Position numbers and translations under genes: made by a program. The notes beneath the pieces are model-generated. The model was given only the letters and a program-made list of their open reading frames with translations, did no database searches and was not told where the DNA came from. Below are positions 27,792-36,771 of a stretch of DNA of 64,000 bases, in pieces; position 1 is the stretch's first letter; the number at the start of each line of letters is the position of its first letter. The stretch comes from an uncultured Candidatus Saccharibacteria bacterium (GTDB lineage: Bacteria; Patescibacteriota; UBA1384; JAMDBS01; CAYSHH01), in NCBI GenBank assembly GCA_964430945.1, contig CAYSHH010000003.1, positions 4,183-68,182 of the forward strand, written 5' to 3'.

Positions 27792-28025
27792 ATGGAAATC
27801 AATCAAGAAAATGTTGAACAGTATCTAGAGCAAAAAAAGAAAGTGTCGATCTCTGATATTAGAGATTACTTTGATATTGACATATACGAAGAGAAGCAGG
27901 AATTGGACGCTCTACTTTTTGATCTTGAAGACGGAAACTATCTTATCATCGAGCATCCGAAAGGGCAAAAAGAAAAAGATGAAATATTACAAGCCGATAC
28001 TATGATATATCTGGCTGGCAACTAA
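27792..28025 (+). CDS. Small acidic hypothetical protein
   Basis: 77-aa ORF. Confidence 0.4.
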   Translation: MEINQENVEQYLEQKKKVSISDIRDYFDIDIYEEKQELDALLFDLEDGNYLIIEHPKGQKEKDEILQADTMIYLAGN

Positions 28026-28036
28026 TTAAAATAATT

Positions 28037-28360
28037 ATGATAAATTTTGAAGATTGGACAAAACTCGATATTAAAATAGGAGAAATTAAGGATGTCGAAA
28101 AGATTGAAAAGTCTGATAAATTGCTAAAATTGACGGTTGATTTTGGTGATGAAACAAAAATCATTGTTTCTGGAATTGCTGATAAATATTCACCAGAAGA
28201 TGTTATTGGCAAGCAAACGCCTTTTATTACTAATCTTGAACCAAGAGAAATATTTGGCGTCGAATCACAGGGCATGATATTGGCGTGTCATGATGAGGAA
28301 GGTAATCCTGTCTTATTATATCCTGATAGGAAAGTTCAGGCTGGTAGCAAAATTTCATAG
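28037..28360 (+). CDS. tRNA-binding domain protein (Trbp111/CsaA/MetRS C-terminal domain family)
   Basis: DIKIGEIKDVEKIEKSDKLLKLTVDFGDETKIIVSGIADKY...GVESQGMILA, an OB-fold tRNA-binding signature. Confidence 0.8.
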   Translation: MINFEDWTKLDIKIGEIKDVEKIEKSDKLLKLTVDFGDETKIIVSGIADKYSPEDVIGKQTPFITNLEPREIFGVESQGMILACHDEEGNPVLLYPDRKVQAGSKIS

Positions 28361-28496
28361 ATTTACTAAACATTTCTAATAATATGACGACAGAAGAGCT
28401 CGTATTAGACAGTCATCTATTGAAATAAGTTCTAAAATGTTATAAAATACTGACCTAATAATTTTTTAGGTGTTTTAGTTTTATTAACATGAAGGG

Positions 28497-29957
28497 GTGA
28501 TTTTTTTGTTTAACAAAAAACTACTTGATTTGTATGTGAATAGTAGAAGAGAAGGCGGTAGCGATTATAATGATAGTGATTTAATGTTGGAATATGACGA
28601 GAGATTATATAGACCAGTCGAGGACTTAGTCAAAAAAAATAGACCTTCAAAATGGGGTTTTAGGCTTGCCAGAAGATTTAGGCGTTTGCAAAATAGCAAA
28701 AATTTAAGCCCTATGATCAAAGAATTTATGCAAGATTATTGGTCCTTGTTATGGGATGCACTTCGGACACCCATTGAGGAAGGATCAATCCCGAGAACTA
28801 CGATAAGCGCAATTTCGGATCTGAATAAGAGGCTCCCGGTTAGAAATTTAGATAAACCCGATTTACTATTTATACCGATTGAAGAATTTTCTATAGTGAA
28901 TCCGAAATTCACATATAGAAAAGTAAAAAAGGTTACTTATCTCGGATATCAGTGCGGTTGTGATAGATTTGTTGAAATACCGCTCATGGACCAAGTTTGG
29001 TTAAAGGGTGGTGACGTTCGTGTAGTACTCAAAGGGTTATTTAACGATGAGTATATCGATAAAGAAATTCCCTTAAACGACCACGATATTTGCGTAAGGG
29101 ATTATAATATCGGAAAAAATTACCTACAGATAGTCGGAGAAGATGATCTTTCAGGCATTGAAATTTTTGATGATATTGTAGACGTCATAGCATCTAGAGA
29201 CGTCGATATGAATCAAGGATTATTAAGTGCTGACGGGATATATTATACACAGTCAGCAAAAGATGCAATAATATCTGGCTTTATCCATCCTATCGGTGCC
29301 GATCAAGGTGTATTTGGCAAAGGCACATTCACTGTAAATAAGCGCGATACTAGCGGAAAAATTGAAAAGATTAAAATTTTCAAGCCGAGAATTGCCTATG
29401 AAAGGACAATTAAATTTGTAGTAGAAGGTAAAACACGAGGTTTAATAATAGATGACAATAATCTCCAACTTTTCATGGGAATATATCTAATGGTTTCCTT
29501 TTGTAGGTTGGTCAAAAAAGAAGATCGTAGCAGTAGGATAGAAAAAATATATTATCTACTAAAAGAAATGGGTATATTAGATCATTACAAATACGTATTT
29601 AAGCAATTATTTAATATAATTTGCGATAACGTTTTTGATCTGTTCGAGTATTCTCATATCCTGTATCCATTTTTTGAGCTCGAAGCCAAAGGAAGGGATG
29701 ACCAAGTGGCTCAGTGGCTAATAATGAAATTAAATAAGTGGCTTAGAAATGAATTCCGAGCCACATATAAACTCTATTCGAAAGAGTTTTATGATAGTTT
29801 AGTAATTGATAGTGGATGTGAAAAGAAAATTTTCACCTTGGATAATTTTCAAAGTGATCCAATATTGAAGCAAAAAATAGACATCTGGATACCCGGATTT
29901 TTGGAAAGATCCAGGGCAAGAAATATTGTGGCCGGATCAATGCTAGCCACCTGTTAA
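28497..29957 (+). CDS. Large hypothetical protein (486 aa); start may be TTG at 28506
   Basis: Long ORF with its own terminator. No recognised family. Confidence 0.5.
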   Translation: MIFLFNKKLLDLYVNSRREGGSDYNDSDLMLEYDERLYRPVEDLVKKNRPSKWGFRLARRFRRLQNSKNLSPMIKEFMQDYWSLLWDALRTPIEEGSIPRTTISAISDLNKRLPVRNLDKPDLLFIPIEEFSIVNPKFTYRKVKKVTYLGYQCGCDRFVEIPLMDQVWLKGGDVRVVLKGLFNDEYIDKEIPLNDHDICVRDYNIGKNYLQIVGEDDLSGIEIFDDIVDVIASRDVDMNQGLLSADGIYYTQSAKDAIISGFIHPIGADQGVFGKGTFTVNKRDTSGKIEKIKIFKPRIAYERTIKFVVEGKTRGLIIDDNNLQLFMGIYLMVSFCRLVKKEDRSSRIEKIYYLLKEMGILDHYKYVFKQLFNIICDNVFDLFEYSHILYPFFELEAKGRDDQVAQWLIMKLNKWLRNEFRATYKLYSKEFYDSLVIDSGCEKKIFTLDNFQSDPILKQKIDIWIPGFLERSRARNIVAGSMLATC

Positions 29958-29971
29958 ATAATTTTTATAAG

Positions 29972-29996
29972 TCGGAGTAAAAACTCCGGCTTTTTA
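29972..29996 (+). terminator. Rho-independent terminator
   Basis: tcggagt-aaaa-actccgg followed by cttttt. Confidence 0.7.
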
Positions 29997-30016
29997 TTTT
30001 CTGATATAATATAATT

Positions 30017-30493
30017 ATGCAAAATTCAATAAAAAAAGGTCTAAGTTTTGGTCTTGCTTCGGGTGTTATAACAACCCTTGGCCTAATGGTAGGAATGTAT
30101 TCCGGTACGCATTTACAATCAGTAGTAATCGGATCAATTATCACAATAGCCATCGCGGACTCTCTATCTGACGGTTTGGGAATGCATCTTTCTGAAGAAT
30201 CTCAAACAACATCTACCGTAAAAACCATTTGGCAAGCTACTTTTTCGGCGGTAATTACCAAGTTTATAATTGCAATAACTTTTATAATACCAGTTCTTCT
30301 GTTTGATCTTAACACTGCAATTATCATAAGTATAATTTGGGGAATTACGCTTATAACCATATTTAGTTACTACATGGCTCTCAATAAAAAGGACCGACCG
30401 TTAAATGTTATATCTGAACATATCGGCATCACAATTATAGTCATCGTTCTTACATATTATATTGGTAATTGGATATCAAATTTATATAAGTAG
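30017..30493 (+). CDS. VIT1/CCC1-family-like small membrane protein (DUF125-type)
   Basis: GLSFGLASGVITTLGLMVGM...AIADSLSDGLGMHLSEESQ resembles the VIT-family TM core. Confidence 0.5.
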   Translation: MQNSIKKGLSFGLASGVITTLGLMVGMYSGTHLQSVVIGSIITIAIADSLSDGLGMHLSEESQTTSTVKTIWQATFSAVITKFIIAITFIIPVLLFDLNTAIIISIIWGITLITIFSYYMALNKKDRPLNVISEHIGITIIVIVLTYYIGNWISNLYK

Positions 30494-30503
30494 GAGGTTT
30501 CAA

Positions 30504-30698
30504 ATGCTTACAAATTGCGAATACGATAAAATCAAGCTTTTACACGATATTAGTAAGATTGAGTGGTTTTTAGCACATCATGCCAAAGCAGATGCTGAAA
30601 CAGAAGATCAGGAATTTCTACATACATGCGAAGCCCTTCAACAAGACCTTTCTAGACACGCAGAAGTTATCAGGAATAAAGTCAAAATCACTAAATAA
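30504..30698 (+). CDS. Small hypothetical protein (64 aa) with strong SD
   Basis: taggaggt 7 nt upstream of ATG at 30504. The track ORF starts earlier, at 30462. Confidence 0.4.
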   Translation: MLTNCEYDKIKLLHDISKIEWFLAHHAKADAETEDQEFLHTCEALQQDLSRHAEVIRNKVKITK

Positions 30699-32040
30699 TT
30701 TTACGAGTTCTTAATATCTTTTTGCTGTCACGCCACATTTTTCTTAGCTCTCCGACCAAAAAGAAAGAACCAACTATAAGTATGCAATCCTTTGAATTGG
30801 ACTTCTTTTGAGTAGATTTTAGTGCTTTATAAGGATCAAGGCATATTTTAGCTTTAATATTCTTATTTGATCTCACCCAAATACTCATTATTGTCTTAGG
30901 ATCGGCGCATTTCCTTAGTGAAAAAAAGAATTTTGTGACATATAGATAATCTACAAATGGTGCTAGTATCTTACCTATCCTTATGGTATCTTTATCGGCT
31001 GCTGAAGCATATATTACATGTAGTTTTCGATAATTCAGCAGCCCAAGATTATCAAGAGTAGTTTTTATTTTGTCGGGATTGTGTGCTACATCCAATATAA
31101 CATACGGTCGTTTACTAATTATTTCAAACCTGCCAGGCAATTCGGTATTCGCAATGCCTTTTTTGATATGTTTTTCACTAATACCTAGTTTTTTGGTTGC
31201 TTCAATTGCTAAAGTTGCATTGCTGATCTGATGTTGTCCCCACACCGACATTGTATAAACCACATTTTTATATTCGAAAATAAATTTTCCGGATTTATGC
31301 TTGGGGTTTTTGATATTTACCTTTACAAAGAAAAACTGAGCATTTTTGTTTTTGCACTCGGTAGCAAAAATATTTCTAATATGATTTCTTTTTTCAGAGG
31401 TTAAAAAAATAGTTTTTGATTTAATTATCTTTGATTTAGTTTTGGCAATTTTAGTCAACGTATTTCCGAGAATCTCTGTATGATCATAATCAATGTGAGT
31501 TATTATCGTTAGCCTTGATTTTTTGATGATATTTGTAGCATCGAACTCTCCACCGAGTCCAACTTCAGAAACAACATACTGACAATTGTTTTTTACAAAA
31601 TAAATAATTGCGATTGCAAAACACACCTCAAAATATGAAGGTATACCGTACTTTGATTTCTCAGCACAAATATCTATTGCTGGCTTGATCGAATTTACAA
31701 TGCTGATAAATTCTCTCGGACTTATAAGATTATAATCAATTTTATATTTCTCAATTGTCTCGGTTGTAAACGGTGAGGTAAATAGGCCAGTTTTTTTACC
31801 GGAACTTACTAGTATGCTATGTATAAAATTGGCAACGGATCCTTTGCCAGAAGTTCCACCGATATGAATATAGTTTTTAATCTTGTTTTGAGGGTTACCA
31901 AGAAGTTTCAAGAAATAAACTAACCTTTTTAAATATATTTCGGGATTGCTTTGATCTTTTGTATATTGCTTTTGCTTTTCGATGTTCCCTAGAGATTCGA
32001 TATATGCTATTTCCTTATAATATTGTTCGTATAATTTCAT
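30691..32040 (-). CDS. folC: Folylpolyglutamate synthase / dihydrofolate synthase (Mur ligase family)
   Basis: P-loop IHIGGTSGKGSVANF, Mur-ligase central domain and typical length. Confidence 0.85.
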   Translation of the reverse strand: MKLYEQYYKEIAYIESLGNIEKQKQYTKDQSNPEIYLKRLVYFLKLLGNPQNKIKNYIHIGGTSGKGSVANFIHSILVSSGKKTGLFTSPFTTETIEKYKIDYNLISPREFISIVNSIKPAIDICAEKSKYGIPSYFEVCFAIAIIYFVKNNCQYVVSEVGLGGEFDATNIIKKSRLTIITHIDYDHTEILGNTLTKIAKTKSKIIKSKTIFLTSEKRNHIRNIFATECKNKNAQFFFVKVNIKNPKHKSGKFIFEYKNVVYTMSVWGQHQISNATLAIEATKKLGISEKHIKKGIANTELPGRFEIISKRPYVILDVAHNPDKIKTTLDNLGLLNYRKLHVIYASAADKDTIRIGKILAPFVDYLYVTKFFFSLRKCADPKTIMSIWVRSNKNIKAKICLDPYKALKSTQKKSNSKDCILIVGSFFLVGELRKMWRDSKKILRTRKII

Positions 32041-32939
32041 ATAATATTTCTAAATATATATTCTAAAATTTTATCCCTCGTGTTTTTTATAGTATTAATC
32101 TTTTTAATATTTTGACCAGTATTCCTGTAATGTGTTAAATCTTTAGCTATTCCAGCGAGTCTTTCAATCAAACAAGCAAAAAATTCATGTTTATTGTCTG
32201 CATATTCTGACATAATATCAATAAATTTGATCCAAAATTTAATATTGTGTTTGTCTGCTTTATCTATAAAATAGCCCCACCAAAGATATGCCCAATCGTA
32301 TTCAGACGGTGCGAAGCGGATATGGCCACCTAGATCAAATATGCCAATTTTGTCTTTATAAATCCTAAAGTGTTGTTGTGAAAAGGCTCCAAAATTTATA
32401 ATTGTTTTTGTGTCAATTTTTTTAAAATACTCAAAGGATCTATTTGTTTGTTCGTTATCAAATCGATATTTTTTATGGGATTGATCATCGGAAAACCAAT
32501 ATTTTAACCTGGTATTTAGCCATATTTCAGACGATTCTTCTAATTTAGAAAATTTATTATGAGAATCTTTTGTATATTGTTTAAAACTGTCAATAGTATT
32601 TAATTCTTTATGTAGAGACTCAATAGAACATCTTATAACTTTTATATTTTTTAATAAATTATTAATTGATGGAGATAAACCAGGTAAATAATCCTCAACA
32701 AGAAATAAACGAGATGATTCATATATTTTTGGTATCAAGATATCTTTTATGTTAATTTGATTTAAAATTTTTAATATCTGAACTTCGTTATCATGATGAT
32801 CTGTTTTAATAACAAAAAATTTATTTTCTTTCTTAGCTTTTAATATGAAATCCTTATTTTTGTCCAACGCACAAACTGGAGTATAGCCTAGTTTCAAAGC
32901 AGTATTGATTGTTTTTTTGTTTATATTTTTCACATTCAT
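32037..32939 (-). CDS. Kinase-like (APH/choline-kinase fold) protein, co-transcribed with folC
   Basis: DLGG.IRFAPSEYDWAYLWW resembles the DFG/E.DW region of APH-like kinases. Overlaps folC by 4 nt. Weak call. Confidence 0.35.
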   Translation of the reverse strand: MNVKNINKKTINTALKLGYTPVCALDKNKDFILKAKKENKFFVIKTDHHDNEVQILKILNQINIKDILIPKIYESSRLFLVEDYLPGLSPSINNLLKNIKVIRCSIESLHKELNTIDSFKQYTKDSHNKFSKLEESSEIWLNTRLKYWFSDDQSHKKYRFDNEQTNRSFEYFKKIDTKTIINFGAFSQQHFRIYKDKIGIFDLGGHIRFAPSEYDWAYLWWGYFIDKADKHNIKFWIKFIDIMSEYADNKHEFFACLIERLAGIAKDLTHYRNTGQNIKKINTIKNTRDKILEYIFRNII

Positions 32940-33020
32940 ATTATACCTATAGATATGGAGTCAATCAATGAGAGTAAGCTTAACAAACAAAAATAAACCA
33001 CGTTGTGATTTATTTTTGTT

Positions 33021-33095
33021 TGGCAGCCTGTAGGGGAATCGAACCCCTGTTTTCAGCTTGAAAAGCTGACGTCCTAACCATTAGACGAACAGGCC
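33021..33095 (-). tRNA. tRNA-Glu (anticodon TTC)
   Basis: The reverse complement folds as a cloverleaf with anticodon loop ttTTCaa, a TpsiC arm ggttcgattcc and a 3' gCCA. Confidence 0.85.
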
Positions 33096-33138
33096 TTATT
33101 ATGATTTTTTAAAAACAATAGTGATTATTATATCAATA

Positions 33139-33705
33139 TTATTGTGGTATCGCAATGTCTTTTATTAAGTTATCGCTTTGATTTAAATTGTATTCGTAAA
33201 GATCAGAATATTTTCGTTGTTCATCGGCATTGGTAGCATTAGTATATTGGATCAATGCGTCTTTTGCTTTTTTTAAAAGCTCAAGAGATTTGACCATTTG
33301 ACTATTTATATCGTTAAATTTTTTATCAATTTTTAAATTATTAAATTTATTCATTCCTTCGTCAATCATCGATTCTAATTCATTGGATGCATTACTGGCC
33401 TCAGTGTCAGTAAAAATAGTTTTATATTTTATTTTATCCAAATAATCGTTAAATTTATCATTAATTGGTTTTCTGATTTTCAATACTTCATCTATATATA
33501 CCTCACCAGAAGTTATCATATCGTTACTTACATCGGCTACACTATTTAAATTATTAGAATCAGATATTATAATCGGTTCAGATGAACTTAAATCAGAAAA
33601 ATTTTTCTTTTGCAAATTCTTTTCCTGGGTATTTTCTTGTGTATAGTAATATATTGCGCCACCGACAAGTACTAATAATATTAGGGGTAAAATAACTTTT
33701 TTCAT
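33139..33705 (-). CDS. Membrane-anchored hypothetical protein
   Basis: N-terminal TM ILPLILLVLVGGAIYYY; the rest is polar. Confidence 0.45.
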   Translation of the reverse strand: MKKVILPLILLVLVGGAIYYYTQENTQEKNLQKKNFSDLSSSEPIIISDSNNLNSVADVSNDMITSGEVYIDEVLKIRKPINDKFNDYLDKIKYKTIFTDTEASNASNELESMIDEGMNKFNNLKIDKKFNDINSQMVKSLELLKKAKDALIQYTNATNADEQRKYSDLYEYNLNQSDNLIKDIAIPQ

Positions 33706-33737
33706 TTTTATTATATTAAGGTTAATTTATTGTAAGA

Positions 33738-33812
33738 TGGAGGGCGCTATGGGGATCGAACCCATGACAAACTGCTTAAGAGGCAGTTGCTCTACCACTG
33801 AGCTAAGCACCC
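33738..33812 (-). tRNA. tRNA-Lys (anticodon CTT)
   Basis: gggtgcttagctcagtggtagagc..., anticodon loop ctCTTaa, ggttcgatccc, CCA. Confidence 0.85.
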
Positions 33813-33919
33813 GCAATTTATTCTTGGGCAGATCTATTACAATGTCACAAATTAGAATTATAAAATACGTAAACAAATATTAATATTTGTAATTTATTCG
33901 AGTATTATACTATGGCATA

Positions 33920-33996
33920 TGGTGCTCTCAAGAGGAGTCGAACCTCTAACCTTCTGGTCCGAAGCCAGACGCTCTATCCAATTGAGCTATGAGAGC
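33920..33996 (-). tRNA. tRNA-Arg (anticodon TCG)
   Basis: gctctcatagctcaattggatagagc (Arg-type D arm), anticodon loop ctTCGga, ggttcgactcc, CCA. Confidence 0.75.
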
Positions 33997-34046
33997 TCAC
34001 ATTATCAAAATACTATCATGCAAATAATTTAGCGGGTTATAAAGGA

Positions 34047-34122
34047 TGGGGTGAACGATGGGATTTGAACCCACAACCACCAGAGCCACAATCTGGTGCT
34101 CTACCGTTGAGCTACGTCCACC
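34047..34122 (-). tRNA. tRNA-His (anticodon GTG) with G-1
   Basis: Extra 5' G pairing with C73, anticodon loop ttGTGgc, ggttcaaatcc, CCA. Confidence 0.85.
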
Positions 34123-34134
34123 ATATCTATAAGA

Positions 34135-34211
34135 TGGTGTCCGCGAGTGGATTCGAACCACTGACCTACAGCTTAGAAGGCTGTCGCTCTATCCAACTGA
34201 GCTACGCGGAC
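34135..34211 (-). tRNA. tRNA-Arg (anticodon TCT)
   Basis: gtccgcgtagctcagttggatagagc, loop ctTCTaa, ggttcgaatcc, CCA. Confidence 0.85.
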
Positions 34212-34273
34212 ATACTTCAAAAATATCGTTTCACGATATTTTCAAATTAAAAAATAATATTTTAAATTATTTT

Positions 34274-34349
34274 TGGAGCGGGTGAGCGGAATCGAACCGC
34301 CATAGCCAGCTTGGAAGGCTGGTACATTAACCGTTATGCTACACCCGCA
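34274..34349 (-). tRNA. tRNA-Gly (anticodon TCC)
   Basis: gcgggtgtagcataacggtta..., loop ctTCCaa, ggttcgattcc, CCA. Confidence 0.85.
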
Positions 34350-34560
34350 TATGATAATTTTTTAAAATCAAATCAAGTGTAAGACTAATTATATATTTTA
34401 AATCAAAATACTCTAATTTAAAACCAATTTATGGTCGGGCACAATCAACGCTCTTACAACTTTTTTCCTTACACAAACTCAGGATATTAATTTAAACTAT
34501 TCACTTAAACTAACCAAATAATATCAAAAAACTTGCGAGAAATAAAGAGTTAGAGATAGA

Positions 34561-34587
34561 AAAATAAAAAGAGACGAAAAGTCTCTT
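34561..34587 (-). terminator. Rho-independent terminator for 34617..35285
   Basis: aagagac-gaaaa-gtctctt with the T-tract on the minus strand. Confidence 0.7.
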
Positions 34588-34616
34588 CTTGAACTAAATA
34601 TGGTGACTGGTGATTT

Positions 34617-35285
34617 TTAATAAAGTTTGAATATTTCTTTTACAGTCTTCCGGGTAGCTTCAAATAATTGCCTATCTATTCTAATTTTTTCTTTTAATGT
34701 TTTTACAAGTAAAACTTTATTATTTTCCGACAGAAATGCTCTTTTATTCTCTTCGTATCTGGAGCGCCAATCCAACGCATCTTTTTTTAGTTTTACAGGT
34801 ACGGGCACTAAACGATCAAAAGAATGGCAGTTATTCATACTGAAGTATAGATTAAATTCCCAAACATAATACTTATCTGGATGTGGTACGGTATCATATT
34901 GTAGTACATCATGTAAATAGTGAAGCTCCTGTAACAATGTTACGCCTGCTGATCTAAAATATATAACTGCACGATCTTTGTCTAAGTCTTTTTTAGGGTA
35001 ACGTTCTCGCCATTTCCAATTTGTAAACACGCTGTCCCAGAAAAATCTCGAATCTAATGATAATTTCATCTTTACACCATGTTCTTTATAAAAATGCAAT
35101 AAACTTTGCTTGAATTGATTCAAATTACCCTTTTCTTCATAAAAATGTTTAAGGGCATGTTTGGCAAAATCGCTTTGATCCAAGATGATTGCTTCTTTTA
35201 TTAATTCTGCAGGGCAATGTTGAATATCTGGATTATTTGTAAGTAAATCAAAAAATGCATCTTCGGGTGTAAGTATTTTTGCCAT
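34617..35285 (-). CDS. Hypothetical protein (222 aa)
   Basis: Long ORF with RBS and terminator; no recognised motif. Confidence 0.5.
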   Translation of the reverse strand: MAKILTPEDAFFDLLTNNPDIQHCPAELIKEAIILDQSDFAKHALKHFYEEKGNLNQFKQSLLHFYKEHGVKMKLSLDSRFFWDSVFTNWKWRERYPKKDLDKDRAVIYFRSAGVTLLQELHYLHDVLQYDTVPHPDKYYVWEFNLYFSMNNCHSFDRLVPVPVKLKKDALDWRSRYEENKRAFLSENNKVLLVKTLKEKIRIDRQLFEATRKTVKEIFKLY

Positions 35286-35561
35286 CGTAATTCACTCCTT
35301 ATTTGCTATATTCGTAAAATTTTAAAATTCACGAAGTAACAAATAAAGAGCAATTATTAAGCAACAAAACTAGACCATAGTATTAAAAGAATATTATACT
35401 GTTAATGTAAAAATTAACTATTTAAAACAAGTTCCAACTTTCAAATACCTGTTGAATAAAAATAACTACTGAGTGGCTACTTTTAGCCAAAAATCACGTT
35501 TTTATTTTCTCTATCTGTAAACTTGACATATGTATCAAGTTTACGGTCGTAATAGATTAAC

Positions 35562-35639
35562 TGGTCGGGGTGCCGAGACTCGAACTCGGGACCTCTTGCT
35601 CCCAAAGCAAGCGCTCTAGCCAACTGAGCCACACCCCGC
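35562..35639 (-). tRNA. tRNA-Pro (anticodon TGG)
   Basis: cggggtgtggctcagttggctagagc, loop ttTGGga, agttcgagtct, CCA. Confidence 0.85.
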
Positions 35640-35718
35640 GATCAATCAAATTCCTTGTAATATTACTTGATTTAACCTAAAAAGTCAATTACAATTTTGT
35701 TGATATTTATATTTTACT

Positions 35719-36522
35719 ATGAAAAAAATAATTTTACTAATTTCTATTATATTTGTCATTGTTCCATTGGCGGGATGTGAAGTCAAGAATGTTTCTGAAG
35801 ATGGAAACGAATATATATCTTCTCAGATAAATTTACCCAAAAACGAGAATAATGCAAAAGAAGAGAGCATTAAAGACACAATTGGCAATAGCTCAAACGA
35901 AGTAAAAACCCAAGTAGTGCTAAATGTGCCTTTCGCTGATCAAGCGCCAAATAAAAATTGGGGCGATCCATATCAAGAGGCTTGTGAAGAAACATCGATT
36001 ATTATGGCAAATGCTTTTATTAAAAATAATGGAACAGAAGATCTTGATAAAAGTTATATAAATGAACAAATTATTGAAATGGTGTCTTGGCAAGAGACAA
36101 ACATGGGCGGACATTTTGATCTAGATGCACAAAGTACTCTTGAACTATTTCAAAAATTTTATAATTATTCGGGCGGGCAAGTAGTCGTTATAAGTTCGGC
36201 AGATGATATCAAACAATACTTATCCGATGGGAAAATTATTATTGCACCGACGTCCGGTAGAAAACTTAAAAATCCATATTTCACACCGCCAGGTCCCGTA
36301 TATCACATGTTGGTGATAAAGGGTTACGATGGGAATAATTTTATCACAAATGACCCAGGCGTTTGGCAGGGAAAAAATTTTCAGTATCCGTCAGATAATC
36401 TATTTTTGTCAATTCAAGATTTGCCACCAGAGGCATTAGGAAAAACTGGATATATAAAATCACACCCAGATATTATGGGCAATAGTTCAAAACGGGTCAT
36501 AGTAATAGCAAAAAATTATTGA
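35719..36522 (+). CDS. Lipoprotein with C39-like (peptidase_C39_2/YvpB-like) cysteine peptidase domain
   Basis: Lipobox PLAGC. VLNVPFADQAPNKNWGDPYQEACEETSIIMANAF matches the C39-like Q...C(E)xTS motif. Downstream His (PGPVYHMLVIKGYDG) and Asp (NDPG) are present. Confidence 0.6.
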   Translation: MKKIILLISIIFVIVPLAGCEVKNVSEDGNEYISSQINLPKNENNAKEESIKDTIGNSSNEVKTQVVLNVPFADQAPNKNWGDPYQEACEETSIIMANAFIKNNGTEDLDKSYINEQIIEMVSWQETNMGGHFDLDAQSTLELFQKFYNYSGGQVVVISSADDIKQYLSDGKIIIAPTSGRKLKNPYFTPPGPVYHMLVIKGYDGNNFITNDPGVWQGKNFQYPSDNLFLSIQDLPPEALGKTGYIKSHPDIMGNSSKRVIVIAKNY

Positions 36523-36771
36523 CTTTAATTGTTATTAATAATATAATATTTTTAGTGCTTAACTGAAAGAAACGAATGTTATGTCAGAGCAAGATAAGCA
36601 CGAAATATTAATATAAAAATTACAAAAAATATCATTCAATGATGACAATAATCATATTTCCCAAATTTGTAGCTCATAATTTGTGTCTGATTATCGTAAA
36701 TCTGTAAAAGCAGATATTTTTTGTAAACTTAAAACCACATTTTAGTACTATGCGTGGTGAGAAAGGACAAC

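Noticed and set aside
34065-34250. 61-aa plus-strand ORF in the track
   Set aside because: It lies entirely across the minus-strand tRNA-His and tRNA-Arg(TCT) genes and is a spurious open frame.
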